Origin: Takakia lepidozioides
Lineage: Eukaryota > Plantae > Bryophyta
Reading direction: 5' to 3'
Assembly: GCA_030704615.1 (NCBI GenBank)
Contig: CM060733.1
Location: 9,424,001 to 9,488,000 of the forward strand
DNA: 64,000 nt
Shown here: in pieces, positions 1 to 13,400 of the stretch
Layout: each line of letters begins with the position of its first letter
Numbering within the stretch: position 1 is the first letter of the stretch
Notes under the pieces: model-generated
Told to the model about the DNA's origin: nothing
The model's input: the letters and a program-made list of their open reading frames with translations, nothing else
Database searches by the model: none
Made by a program: the position numbers and the translations under genes

Positions 1-2428
1 GAACTCCGATCCCACAGTTAGGGATACCCACATGTTCCCAAGGCCGGAGAAAGAGAAGAAGACCCAGCGTGTCATTCCTGTCAGTGACAATGTGCTGGAC
101 ACCTGGCTTCACAAGGCCACTTACTGGAGCCAGGTGTGATGTCCTTCCCTGTGTCACTGTCTTTTCTCTTTTCCTGTCCTTATCTTTCTATTGCCTCTTA
201 CATTCGCTGTGATTGCTTTTGGTTTCATTCTTGCATTTGTATTGTTTTGTAGTTGGAAGAAAGGGCCAGATCGGTTCTGCATACTCAACTGGCTGACTAT
301 GGCATCAGTATGATAGCACCGAAGGTGTCCTTCAAAGCATACATGAGGAAATGGAGAGCCACAGTGTGGCACTCTTGTTTCTTTAGAGAGTTCAGCAAGG
401 AGGGTGGCATCAGTCGAACAAATGAGCTGGACCAGCAAGAAAAAGGAGAGGAAGCCTGGAAACGATGCCTTTACAGGTGCACACTCTTGCACTACTTATT
501 TGTGTTGTGGTTGCAATGTGTTGTGTGGCATACTATTTAAGGGGGTCTTCCTGGTGTGATGGAAAAGTTGCCACACAATATTTCCATTGTAAAATGAGGC
601 TGTCTCTGTTGCTGCAGGTACATAAAGTTTGTTCTCCTGGAAGAGAATTGCCTGGACAAACATCCAGATTTCGTGGACCTGTGGCTTGTCCCTGCTGGCA
701 ACCAGACCATGTTCACTACTGGGATCTTGCATGACTGGGCCCAGACCATCTTTCTTCTTGTGGTTGGTATTTGGATTGCCCTCCTTCTGAGACCCAGCTC
801 CAGAGGTGTCTTTGAGGAGAGAGAATGACCGTATTGCAGCCACTGCCGCAGCAGCCGACCTCGACATTCATGAACGAAATTTGAGGACTCTTGCAGAGAA
901 GGAGCCTCCCGCTCACGATACCCCAGGTAGAGGAAGAAAGGCAAAGGGAAAAGATGTTGCTGGTGTTGTGGGGAAGGGAAGGGGTAGAGGGAAGGTGGCA
1001 CAAGGGCAGGGAAGTGTTGCAGATATTGGCCCTGTGGAGCATGTCCAGCAGACTCCACCGCATGGTAGGGGATCCGGGAGAAAAAACAAGGGGGTGGTTG
1101 ATCCCAAGGACCCGTACCATGCAGTGGAACATCCCACGAAGGTCATTCGCCCAACCAGGTTGGAGATGGCAAACGTCGGGTTCCTTGCCATGATGGAGTC
1201 GAAGAAATCTGATTACAAGGGCGAGCCATCACCAGTGTGGGACAGGATTGTGCAGTTCCTCAGCACGGTGCGTGTTCTCTTTGGGTTCTGTGGCTTCTGT
1301 TGTTTTTGTCTGCTGTGGGCATGGATCGTTTCTAAACTTGTGAGAATTCCATTGTATTTTTGTTTGCAGGCTAAAATGACCAAATCCTGGGTGAACGGGA
1401 AGGAGAAGCCATATGCAGCCGAACTCATCATCTTGGACATCCCTGATGGGTTGGCAGTCCCGGATATCCCTCCATCGGGTGCTTGTCCGGGTTGGAATGC
1501 TTTTGATGAGCGCTACTGGCGGTGGGTTTTCTCCTTTTGCAACTTCTTCCTGTCCAATGCAGGTGTTTTGGTGCTCATCCAGTCCATCGACGGTCGGTGT
1601 CGCCGTGCACTTTCTAGCTATTTGAAAGCCTCGGGCATGAGAGTCGTGAAGACATGGAATTGTGTGAACAGCATGTACCTTACGAAGGGGGATTGCCCGG
1701 GAGAGATGGTGAGTTTGCCTTCTTCTTCCTCTTCTTGGTTGTTCTCCGATGGGGTTGTATAGGTTACTCGAACTCATATGTAGGGGCCCGATTTTTTTTG
1801 CTTCTTAGTTCCTTGTGGATGTCATGTTCGCAGACTCGTCTGTTTGAAGCTGTTTGTCTCGTCCGGGTGCATCCACAAACGACTCCGGCCGGCATTACCG
1901 AGTTTGCCATCACTCATGGGGCCAAGTTCATAGATGACAGGACAGATCCCCCACGGATGACAGGCATCACAACTACGTCGACAGCAACGTGTGCTTGCGA
2001 AGGGGGAATGGGGTTCCTTGGAGAGGGGCGAGGGAGAGGAGTCCGGCTTTCATTCAAACGATTGTGGAGTGCTGCACCTACACAGACGCCAGAGTTCTGG
2101 ATTTGTCGATGGGCACAGGTTCGTCTCTTCAACATTCACATTTCATGAGGTTTGATTGAGCTTGCACTTTCAGCACTTCCCACCGTTCCGAATGTGTCTT
2201 CAATGTCTTCTTCATTCATTCTATTCCACTGCAGGTGCTTCTTACCACGCTTGCAAGGCCAGTGCGCGACATGTCTTTGGGATTGAAGGGGATGCTGAGA
2301 TTTACAAGAACCTCCTGATGGGTTTGGGTGGACACACTTCTCAAGTCCTTCCGAAGCCCCGTCCCGTTGATACTGATATAGAGGAGACTTCTGACAAGGA
2401 GCTGGACTCCGACTTTGCCTGTGAGTAA
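1..2428 (+). pseudogene. 3' part of spliced (ParB)-amino-methyltransferase-like gene, copy 1 (5' end outside window; frameshifted)
   Basis: Exons approx <1-133, 253-476, 618-1268, 1370-1708, 1834-2118, 2235-~2428 with GT-AG junctions matching those of the paralog at 27247-32786. Shared peptides include WLHKATYWSQ, KWRATVWHSCFFREFSK, CGWYLDCPP and IILDIPDG. Splicing 2118/2235 gives RVLDLSMGTG|ASYHACKASARHVFGIEGD (SAM-binding motif I region of beta-class N6/N4 MTases). Frameshifts near 740, 805 and within 1834-2118. Confidence 0.75.
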
Positions 2429-3169
2429 GTTCAACCTGTGCATGCTTTCATTGTTGTTTCAATATCGAGAGTCGCTGTTCTTCAGGCAAAGTGCACATGG
2501 GAGGCATCCTCTTTGTTGGACTTGTGCATTGCATCATTGTGTTAAAAATGGGGTTTTGTGGACATGTGCAGGAGTCCGCGTGCTTCCACTTGCCCTCCAG
2601 GGCTATCACACCTATTTGGACTTGTTTGCAGTCCTCCTTGGTCTTGCGTGCTACCTGTCTATACGGAGGCACTCGCAGCAAGCATGTCCGTTCATGGCAC
2701 TCCGAGTCCACCTTACGACGGCCTTCGTAGAACACGTGGTGTTGGGGCCAGAATCTTTGTAGATGACATAGCACAGGAGGTGGACACTGATTGTGATGAC
2801 TGCGACACTTGATATGAAGTTTTCTTTTGGTTTAATTCTGGGCCAAATTTGAAATGGGATGGTTGTGTGTCCTTGTTGTCTTGTTTGCAATGTGTGCGTG
2901 GAATTCACATTCATGGTTACAAACTATTGTTGGAGATGGGGGTTGCATGGACTGCCTGGATTGTTCCTTCAATCTATTTGATGTTTTGTGGACCTCACAG
3001 ACTGGAGTACATTGCGAAAACAAACAAACCACTTTGGTTCGTGTAGAGCATTCTCGCATCATTTGCTAGTTGGTCCCCAAACTATTCATGCTAGAAGAAT
3101 GGTTGGTGAATCCATCACGGTGAAGTCCACCTCATCAAAAACTGTTCAGGCATTCTCAATTCTACCCAC

Positions 3170-3308
3170 ATCAACCCGCGGAAATAGGTGACACCACTCG
3201 AAAATAGGTGACATCCGCGGAAATAGGCACTGTTTGCATGCTGACGTGGCGTGAGCCTGTGCTGGGCTCACAGGCTCACGCCTCCGGGCTCACGGAATAG
3301 CACCCCCC
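3170..3308. mobile_element. Putative terminus (TIR) of the Mutator-like MTase-carrying element, copy 1
   Basis: Repeated CCGCGGAAATAGG, then TGACGTGGCGTGAGC and a perfect 14-bp hairpin (GGCGTGAGCCTGTG/CACAGGCTCACGCC). It ends in GCACCCCCC exactly where the gypsy DNMT ORF is cut (3309). The reverse complement GGGGGGTGC...CGTGAGCC resembles the end at 26171. Confidence 0.6.
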
Positions 3309-4250
3309 AGCATCCCACAGGAGGCCAGGTCCACAATCCCGGAAAGCATGTGATCCTGGGAAGCTGAGTAGTGTAGGTAATGCTGCTCGTGGTTGACCCA
3401 CCTTGTTGACCACTGCCAAAGGCGAACGGTCATCGTGTCTCACACGCTGAGACTGCCTCCCGGTGTCCAGAATGCTATCCACTGTGAGATGTGCTGGCCG
3501 CTGCACCCCATCAAATGCACGCTTGAGCAGTGCGAGTGGCATCAAGTTAGTCCACCATAGCCGTGGACGATGAGCCCGTGACCCCACTGTAGCTGCATCT
3601 AGCAACACTGCTGACCCAAGCCATGACCGGACTTGATGCACACTGGCCATCACCCTGGCCCGAGAATCGCCCATCAGTGGCACATTCTCCAAGATGTATG
3701 CTGGAGATAAAGCTTGATGAAGCTGCAAGTGGCGCAAAACCCGCACCATCTCCCAAAACAGACCCGACCTCGAGTCTCGTAATCCATTGCCATGCCCGGC
3801 TGATGAATGCCCTTGGCAGGGCCAACCTGCCACTACCAGATCAATAGAGCCAACCCGCTCCAAATCCTGCGCCCCCAGCAACGAAATGTCTGCTGGCAAG
3901 GCCTGCTGATATCCACGAATTGCAGACACCGACAACAACTCAGGGTACCGCTGCACCAACTGAGCAACATGGCAAAGTGAAACACGTCGTGCAGTCTCAT
4001 CCCTCTCCACATACAGGTAACGCCGAACTCGTACACCTGCCTGTAACACAACAGCCAATCCGGTGCTGATCCCGCCAAACAAGTCCAGAAGACAAATGCC
4101 TTCATCCGGATACTGCCACACAATAGGTGTGGTGTCCAATGGAGACAACTGAGGTGGTCCTGGTGCAATCCCCGCACTCTCCTCCTCTCCTGACGGTACA
4201 AAAGCCTCCACCCAGGCTTGTTGCACCCGTCGATCAGCATCCCGCTGCAA
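3309..4250 (-). CDS. DNA (cytosine-5)-methyltransferase domain (DNMT3-like) within the retrotransposon polyprotein, C-terminally truncated
   Basis: Motif I LLDLFGGIST, II YVERD, IV VAGWPCQGHS, VI YILENV, VIII AHRPRLWWTN. Motifs IX and X are lost at the 3309 junction. Confidence 0.9.
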
Positions 4251-6820
4251 ATCCTTGCTCGTGCCCTACAATGGAGTCTGAGCAACCATGGTAGGCAACT
4301 CCGCCATACCATACATGTCATCCTGCTCTCCCGGAGGTGGCACATCCTCTGAATGAGCGTTGCCCTCAAGCAACTCTCTAGGCCAACTCACTGCCGCTGT
4401 GAATGCTGCTATTGTCGGCATCTTGCCTCGCTGGGCAACCGCAACTCCTCCTATGAACGTCACAGGGAGCTGCACACGCTGGCCCTCCCCTGACTGCCAT
4501 GCAGACCTATAGGAAGCTGACTCCTCCCAAAAATCCAGGGTGAAGCCCATAGGGTACAACACTGCCCCACCAACCAGGACATCGTATGAGACCGCGTCTG
4601 TCACAATGGCCTTGGCTCACATCACTGAGCCATCTGTAGGGTGATCCGGCCGTAGTCTGATAGCCAACTCACGCCGTGTCATGCCCCGAGCCTGCTCCAA
4701 TCCTCCCAGAGACGTCTGTATCTGGAAAGGACAAGGCTCCATATCCGCCTCCGTGAGGCCCAAGCCTGCAATAGCAGCTCTGCCCAGCATCAATGGCTAA
4801 GCTCCCAAGTCCAACAAGACCCGCAGTGGCCGGTACCTCTTGCCTGCTGGTCCACTCAAACAGAAAATGTCATCCTGGTTGTCTAACATGACAACTCCAG
4901 GTGTCACCATGGCGCGCTCAATGGCTGGCCTAGCTGGCAGCTCCATCAACCTGGCAGCTGCAGCTTGCCATGGCGCCGCCGTGGCAGTCTTGACCCTCAA
5001 ATCCGAGGATCCCTCCGGCACTACACCTCCCACTATCTCCGCAGAAGATGAAGTAACCTCCCCACTCTCACAGAGTGTAGATGCCAGCCTGAACACCTCA
5101 GCTGGTCTTACCCCCGGCGCCGCAATCATGGTAGCCGAGAACAATGGAGCCTGGCACACATATGTGGCCGCTCCTAGCAGCACACTAGCTGCCGTAGCCT
5201 TGGCAACACTAGGTAGTGGTGCTACCCGTGTCGCTCTCCCCAATGGCATAGTAACCTCCGCCTCGGTAACAGTCGGGCGAGAACTAGGTGCCATGGATGG
5301 CGTCGACACTGTCTCCGCCAATGTGAATGACTGAGGGAGCCTAGCCTGACGGCTTGCCTCCCCACGCTGTGGATCCAACTCCACCTCTGCACCTCGTGGC
5401 TCAGGAACTCGTGCTGCTCCTCGAGTCATGGCTGCAGCAGACTCCACCTGCACTAGTGGTAGTGCTACTCCACACATGAATCCCATGCCTCCCATATCTC
5501 CTCCCTCAGGAGCAGGAGGTGGACCATCCGGCCTTAGAGCCGGTACCACCTGAGCTGTAGCCATGGCAGCGAGCCTCTGCTCTAGCTGCTGAAGCCGGTT
5601 GGCCATGCCTTCGTCAACCCCCTGACCTTCGCGTCCTTGGCCATGTTGAGCTTGCCCTTGGCCTGCACCTTGTGGCTGGCCACCTCGTCCTCTCTGGGCT
5701 GCTCCACCTTGCCCCCGGCCACCATTGTTCCCTTGGAACTGGCCTGGGCACAACTCAGGATGCAAACCATAACACTGGGCCTCTCCATGCCCGTGCTTGC
5801 CACAATGCCCACACTGCAACTGTGCAGGCTGTGCATGTGCCGACCCTTTGCCTCCCTCTGGGCAATCCTTCTTGACATGGGGTCCTCCACATGTCCAGCA
5901 CACCACATCCGCCCGTTGTTGGCCAGCAAATGAAGGGAGAGACCCCTGCATCTGAGGTCCTCTCTGCCCTTCCCTGAGCTTCACCTGAGCCCCCTTGTTG
6001 CCTTGAGCACGTTGAGGTAGTGGTTGGCTAGGAGCACCACTACCCCGTGGTGTCTCCTTAGCAAATCCCACCATGACCACTCGTTCCTCCACCATGTTGA
6101 GCTCTATCTGCTCTGCCAGCAAAAACACATTTGCTAAGGTGGGTTGGGCCGCTTGTAGGAGAGTTGCATCCCGCACCCTTCTCCTCAGCTCCTAGTCCAA
6201 TATCCCATACCAGAATTGGACTGCCTGAGCTTCCGTAACCCCTTGGGTTACATTTATCAAGCGCCTCATGCGAGTGAAAGCCTCCCTCAAGCTCTCGGTT
6301 GGCTTCCGTTGGAACTCTTGCAAGCTCCGCAACTTCTCTGTCCTCACCCCTTGGTAGTTCCCTCTCAACTTTTCGAAGAACTCCACAACAGGGTTGAAGG
6401 CAGGCATGGGTACTAGTGCTAGTGCGGTAGTGGCTTGGGTGGACGTCGTAGCTACTGTACCACCAGTCCCACTAGTCCCTCTACTACTTGCTGAAGCTGC
6501 CGGTGCAGCGGCAGGTGTAGCCACTGCCCTCGTGGCTCTAGTGCCCCTAGTGATGGAGACATAGTCGGGTGACCAGTACATCCTCCACTCCTCGATCTCA
6601 ACCTCATGCCCCTGCCTGAACTCATGGTAATCATCCATAGGCGGCCCCTCAAGGTGCTGAAACAGCCCTTTCCATGCCATGAACGGCGTAAATAGTTATG
6701 GATTGTGCATTTGCTGGAAATCACACCAACTATCAAACTCTTGGATAAAATCATCCAACTCGATGGTGCCCACCGCCCCAGAGTACCTTCGTGGCCCCTT
6801 GGTAGCTCCATACATCTCCT
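3309..6820 (-). mobile_element. DNMT-carrying Ty3/gypsy retrotransposon copy A, internal part (gag-protease-C5 methyltransferase), truncated
   Basis: Gag with two CCHC knuckles (CWTCGGPHVKKDC, CGHCGKHGHGEAQC), aspartic protease VLLD(L/S)GA, then a C5-MTase. Nearly identical to 39920-43440. Confidence 0.9.
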
Positions 6821-7894
6821 TGTTAGAGGACTGTCTGGGACTTAGACACTTATACGGGATCTGTAGGGTACCCTTAATTTTTGCACAGACTGAGACCAAC
6901 AGGAGCCTTAGGGGTGACAGCAGCGCACTTTAGAAGGGGTTACACAGCCCGTCACAGCTAACATAGCCAGTCACAGCCAACACAGCCCGTCACAGCTTCA
7001 CACAGCCCGACACAGCCCATCACAGCCAACACAGCCACACAGCCAGTCACAGCCCGACACAGCCAAACACAGTCGCACAGCCAGTCCCAGCCCGTCAAAG
7101 CTAACACAGCCACACAGCCAGTCACAGCCCGTCATAGCCGACACAGCCACACAGCCAAACACAGTCGCACAGCCAGTCACAGCCCGACACAGCCGGTCAC
7201 AACCCGTCACAGTTTCACACAGCCAGTCACAGCTTGACACAGCTGTCACGACCATAGGGAAAGAATAACAGGACAGGGAACGACTGTGGGGAACAACACC
7301 TGCGAAGGGAACATGTTAGTTTGCGGACGACGGTTAGTGAGGGAAGCGGTTAGAACAACGGGTAGGAAGATAAAACGGGGAGCAAGGACTGAAGGGAGAG
7401 CACTACACGGGGGGGCACTTCTTGGTCATGCATGAGAGGGGATCGGGCGGAGAGCAGGAACGGAAGCAAAAATGGAGAGCACGGTGAAGGAGGAGAGATG
7501 ATTAGTAGATGCTTGTTATATGCAAAGCTGTAGTGATATTGTAGAGCAGATTAGAGACACAATGGCTTCGGCCTGATACCTGATAAATCATAATCTAATA
7601 CTTATACGATACAATCACACTGTGTAGAGAGATCTGAGTGAAGCTGTGGAATGAATGGATGAGTTGATGGAATCCGATAGATTGATGAAGCAAACTGATA
7701 CTTAATTATCAATGGTAAGGTAGCTAACATGAATGTGGAAAGGGAAACAAATAGGAAACACCCCCATGATACACTAGCTGTAGGTCATGACTGATTGTTC
7801 TGAGCGGGCTGAGTACTTAGAGATTTCCAACTCTTCTATCTTGGAGTTTCCGCCTCGGATAGCGAAGGGATGGGTGAGTAAAAGCCGCGCGACA
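6821..7894 (+). repeat. 5' LTR (contains CACAGCC minisatellite ~6943-7250)
   Basis: Starts TGTTAGAGGA and ends GCGCGACA. Homologous to 19195-20261. Confidence 0.92.
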
Positions 7895-7896
7895 TT

Positions 7897-7914
7897 TGGC
7901 GACCATACTGGGGA
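7897..7914 (+). promoter_or_regulatory. Primer-binding site (tRNA-Arg type)
   Basis: TGGCGACCATACTGGGGA, 2 nt after the LTR; resembles the TGGCGAC...CTGGGGA PBS of non-chromovirus gypsy elements. Confidence 0.7.
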
Positions 7915-7958
7915 ACTGAGTCATGAACAACCAGATGTGACAGGCATCTGGTGGGATC

Positions 7959-8474
7959 ATGGTGGTTGAAGAATTTGAAGTGAATCAAATTCCCTGTGGA
8001 ACGAAGGAAGAAAGATTGTCCAAACAATTCTTTCAAAGGTTCTTGGAATTGCCAGACGGTTGTAAAGAAAATATTTTTAAGCGAGTGCATGATGCTGATC
8101 CGGAATGGGGTCTGGAGAAAGGAGTGGTAAAGATTTATCAGGTAGCCTGTAGAGGAAGAGCACAGTGGTTACCAACATTGGTTTATGTGATAGCCTTACT
8201 ATCCATTAAGCGAGTAGAGTTTGAAGGCTGGGAGGAAAGAAAAGTGAATGTTTATACTCATATGCATGAAGAGCTTGTACTGGTAAAGAATTGGATTCCA
8301 AAGGATATTTTGTGGATCAAACTCACACCAAGAACAGCTTTCCAGACTTGTTTGCCATATGGTTATATGGTAACGGAGACTTCAAGTATAGCCAAGGGTG
8401 CATTGAAGCTTGAAAGAAACCCAGGCATATACGAGAGATATTACAGAAGAGAGTTTTGGTTATTGCCACATTAA
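7959..8474 (+). CDS. ORF upstream of gag, unknown function (possibly a disrupted gag N-terminal extension)
   Basis: 171-aa open frame directly after the PBS, with codon composition like the rest of the element. Confidence 0.45.
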   Translation: MVVEEFEVNQIPCGTKEERLSKQFFQRFLELPDGCKENIFKRVHDADPEWGLEKGVVKIYQVACRGRAQWLPTLVYVIALLSIKRVEFEGWEERKVNVYTHMHEELVLVKNWIPKDILWIKLTPRTAFQTCLPYGYMVTETSSIAKGALKLERNPGIYERYYRREFWLLPH

Positions 8475-8808
8475 AAGAAATGAAAGACATGGGACATGAG
8501 TGATGAAAGAGAAGCTAGACGCCAGAGATATTCAGCAAAAAGAGAAAGCTATCTGAAAGCTATCTGAAAGCTAATTATCCATATCTTTGGGAGAGAGGAA
8601 TAGACATAGGGGAATCATCTGGACCTCTCACACCATTAAGATCAAAGAGTACATCACCCATACCGGAAGAACTAGAGTTGGATGCCACTCCTTCTGTTTC
8701 TTTGCAAGAAAGATTAAGGGAATTGGTACGAGAAGAAGATCAATCACGAGGTGAAAGATCTGAGGTACATCCCTGGATAAAAGATTTGACAGAAATCTTT
8801 GATAAGAG

Positions 8809-10440
8809 TTGGCATGGAACACCAAAAGCAGAACTCCAGTTTCTGAAGCGGAAGGTGAAGAAGGAGGAGAGGATGTGGCAGAGCCAACGGAGAGTTCAGA
8901 CTCTCCAACACCATTGCAGTTGAGTTACATGAGTGAAGAAGAAACCCAAGGACAGAACTTGGAGGATGAAAACAGGGAGAAGAAATTGGAAGAGGAAGAG
9001 TATGAAGAAGTAGACCCAACAGCTGAGGTTGAGACTACAACCAGGACATCCCAACCCGTTGGACCTGGATCAAGTGGAGCACTTGGATCACAGGCCAACG
9101 AAGGTGTCGGCTCAGGGGGATCAGGCGGGCGGCCTGGATCTGGCTCTGGGGGGACAGGGAGTGTGGGAAGTAGTGCAACTGAAGCTGGGAATACTGTGAA
9201 TATCGTGGGGCCAGTAGCAGGGAGTGCTCAAGGGCCACCACTTGGTGGAAGATCCACCACAAAAACAACAGGTCCAGAAGGACCAGCACCAGCAAGGGTG
9301 CCAGCACCTGTCAGTGGGCAGAAGGTAGGGCCACAGATGGCGTTACAACCAACACGGGCAAAACCACCCTTTCCAATATATTCAAGAAAAGGGGATCCCG
9401 ATGTACACATTAGCCAATTTGAGCACATGTGTATAGTGAACAATGAGAATGGCGATGATGCCAAGATGAGATTGTTTCCTTGTTCACTTATCAAGAAAGC
9501 AAGTGGTATGCAAGATTCCCTGATATCATTTCCTAACCTGGAATGGCTTGAATACAACATTTCGAAATAGGTTCAGGACAAGTAAAACTGAGGATGAAGT
9601 ATATGGAAGTTTACAACAGTTAAAGCAAAAGAAGCATGAAACTGTTGAAAGATGGAATTGATGATGAAAAAGCTAGCTGCAGTTCCAGCACCCGGTTTAC
9701 AGAAGACTTGGTTTGTGAGTGGACTAAGACCAGAGTTGCAAAAGAAAGTGGATATGTTACCCCATAATATAGTGGAGGAGGCATTTGAAACTGCAAATAG
9801 AATTGAGCAATTGGGAATGCTCAGGAGAGAGAAAAAATGATGAGGACTCTGAGGATGAGTCAGATGAAGAAGAAGAGCAAGAACTAAAAAGGAAGAGTAA
9901 GAGAAAGGAGAAGTTGAAGAGGGATAACTATGAAAAAAGATTGGAAGAAATCTTGAAGAAGTATGCCACAGAGGCTGCAACACATTGGAGGAAGGGTGTA
10001 TGGTGTGCAAAGTGCCAGAATGAAGGCCATACCACCACAGAATGCCACATGAAGGAGAAACACTGTACTATCTGTAAAATGGATAACCATTCTACTGAGA
10101 ATTGTTACTACAACAGAAGGACAGCTGCAAGAGAACCTAGGCAAGTAAGGGTGCATCAGGTGCAGCCCCAGCCAAGAAGAAACAATGATCAGGACCACTA
10201 TGGTAGGTCTGGTGGTTATAACAATGGCATGGAAGGGAGAGGTAATTCAAGAGGAATTACCAAGGAAATTCCAGAGGCAACTATCAGGGTAATCCAAGGG
10301 GAATTACCAGCCCGGGAATCAGGATTACAGAAATAATCCAAGAACAGACCAAGGGCGAGGACCCAATGGTGAAGAACTATGTTACTATTGTAATCAGCTA
10401 GGACATCGCAGGGCAGCCTGTTCATTCTGGATAAGACACC
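8809..10440 (+). pseudogene. gag: gag (capsid plus three CCHC knuckles), frameshifted
   Basis: DPDVHISQFEHMC..AKMRLFPCSL, WFVSGLRPELQKKV, CAKCQNEGHTTTEC, CTICKMDNHSTENC and a third knuckle (CYYCNQLGH) near 10380. Split over several frames. Confidence 0.8.
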
Positions 10441-10448
10441 AGAATGAG

Positions 10449-13400
10449 ATGAGAGCTCCTGTGAATGAGGGCCCAGTGGTGGCAGCTCACATGGTTAGGC
10501 CATGTGTTGTACCAGAAGTAAGTACAATGATAGTAACCAGAAGCAAAGCCAAACTAATACCTCCAGTAGCTGAGAAAGATGATGATAATGAAGATGGCAG
10601 TGATATGCCTGAAGATGAAGAGACTTGGAAAGATGAGAAGGAACTGCACAAGGAAGTGACAGATACTATAAGGGAAATGCAAAAGAGTACTGATATTCCT
10701 GTGGCAGATTCCTCTGATTCTGATGGAGAAGAAGAAGTGAGTGAGGATGAAAGGAAGAAAGAAGATGCAGGCATGCAAAGTAATGAAGAGACTTTGGCTG
10801 AAGTAATATGCCAGACCAAAGCAGAGATTACCATTGGACAGCTATTAGCTGTGGCACCTTATTCTAGGCACAGGCTGTATCAAGCAATCAATCGAATTGC
10901 CCAGGAGACAGGAAACACAGACCTGAACAGCAAGGTGACCAGTTATAATGTGAAGCCGGAAGGGCGAGAAACAGTCATGGACTTTGATGATTCTATGCCA
11001 GTAATCCAATTGAGAATTGGAAGCACAGAACTAACTGATGTACTGATAGATGGAGGTTCTGGAGTAAATATCGTGACAGACCAATTAAGAAAGAAGCTTG
11101 GTCTAAGTAACATGAAACCAGCCCCATTTACAGTAACAATGGCAGATCAAAGAAGTGTACAGCCATTGGGATTAATAAGAGGAGTTAAGATACAGATACA
11201 GAAGATGATCTTTATGATCACAGTAACTGTGTTGAAGATGGATGAAGTCATGGAGGCTTACTCCTTATTATTGGGACGTCTGTGGCTGAAACAGGCCAGG
11301 GTATTCCATGACTGGAATTCTCAGTTACTAACCGTGCATAATGGGATACACGAGATACAAATTACCACAAAGAAATCTAGTAGATTACCTGCTACGAGAA
11401 GACCTCGAGGAGTCAGAGAGTATGACTGGAAAGGAGGACTGGATGAGGAGCAGGAAGCTACCCTATTTGCTGCACACCCAGAGTGGGAGCAGGTTGCAGA
11501 GATGCGGCTGGAAAGCCTAAGTTGTTTAAGAGGTATCTGTTGTGGTGTATTTACAGCAACACCAACTGAAGAGGAAACCAGCAGTTACCCATCACATTTC
11601 TATGAAGAAAGAGAAGGAGAAATGGAAATCCTAGAGGAACCAGCCACTGTGAGCTTACAGGATGAAGTGGTGACTGGTTGGACAATCACAGCTGATGAGC
11701 AAGTGAGGGAAGTGAATGTGGGAACTAAAGAGGAACCGAGGATGGTGAAAGTATGAGCTGATTTGGAGCCGGAATTCTTTGAAGAAGCTAAAAGCTTGTT
11801 CATCAAATACAGAGATGTATTTGCTTGGAGCTATGAGGATCTAAAAGGGATACCACTTGAAGTTTGTCAGCATAAGATTGAACTGGAACCAGGGTCAGTA
11901 CCAATCAAGCAGGCGAGGTACAGAATGAATCCCAACTACGCACAGAAGGTTGGAGAAGAGATTAAGAAGTTGGCTGAGGCTAAGTTTATATACCCAATAG
12001 AGTATACAACTTGGTTGTCACCCATTGTTATAGTTCCCAAGAAGAATGGTAAACTAAGAGTATGTGTGAACTACAAGAAGCTGAATGCTTGTACGAAGAA
12101 AGATCCTTTCCCTTTGCCATTCACAGAAGCAGTATTGGACACTGTGGCAGGCCATGAGATGTACTCATTCATGGATGGCTTCAGTGGTTATAATCAAGTG
12201 CAAGTGGCAGAAGAAGATCAAGGAAAGACAGCTTTCATCACAGACTGGGGTGCTTATGCATACAAAGTCATGCCCTTTGGACTTTGTAATGCACCAACAA
12301 CCTTTCAGAGAGTAATAAGTGAATCTTTTCATGAGTATCTGGATGATTTCATGCAGGTGTTCTTGGATGATTTCAGTGTGTACAGCTCTAAGAATGAGCA
12401 CTTGCATAAATTGGAGTTATGTCTGGCCAGATGCAGGATGAGAGGTCTGGGCTTGAATCCAGAGAAGTGTACTTTCTGTGTGAACTCAGGGGTGCTTCTG
12501 GGACACATTGTGTGTAAGAAGGGACTTCTTGTGGATCCCAGGAAGACAGAGTCCATTAAAGCCTCTCCACCACCAGTGAATGTTAAGAGTTTAAGGAGAT
12601 TCCTTGGGCAAACCAATTATTACAGAAGATTTGTCAAAAGGTATGCACAAATAGCAGCACCATTGAGCAAACTTCTGAAGAAAGATGCAGTGTTTGCCTG
12701 GACAGCTGAATGTCAACAGGCGTTTGAGGAACTTACACTGTTAGTAACAACTACACCTGTGCTGATTAACCCTCACTGGCATGTAGTATTTCATGTTCAC
12801 TGCGATGCATCAGGAGAAGCGTTGGGAGCGGTGTTAGCCCAGAATGTTACAGGAAATATAGATTCACCTGTGTATTATGCTAGCAGGTTGATGAACAGTG
12901 CTGAAAGGAACTATAGCACAACTGAAAGAGAAGCACTGGCAATGATTTATGCAGTCAAGAAATTCAGGCATTACCTATTGGGAAGAAAGTTTATGTTTTA
13001 TGTGGATCACCAGGCTCTGATATATCCGGTGAACAAACCTTTGATAAGTGGAAGGATAGCGAGGTGGTTAATAATCTTGCATGAGTTTGAGTTCGAGGTT
13101 ATTTACAAGCCTGGCCGTTTGCATCTTGTAGCAGATCATTTGTCACGACTAACAACAGGAGAGGCCGCCACAGGAGTGGACGATCAGTTACCTGATGCGA
13201 GTTTATTTATAATGGAGGTGCAAGGAAGTGCAGATGAATGGTTAGATTGGCAGTGGCCAATCAGATACTACCTTACTCATGGTCAATGCCCACCTAGTTA
13301 TGGTAAGGAGCAGAGGAAGAGAATCGCTATCAAAGCTTTACCTTATACTATGGTAGGAAGCAGAATGTATAAGCTAGGACCTGATGGAGTACTAAAACGA

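Noticed and set aside
3276-4250. Host DNMT gene or bacterial contamination
   Set aside because: Intronless and fused in frame to gag-protease in copy B; embedded among eukaryotic TEs.
6998-7255. Cys-rich or Ser/His-rich ORFs over CACAGCC repeats (also 19254, 37076-37621)
   Set aside because: Translation artefacts of minisatellites.
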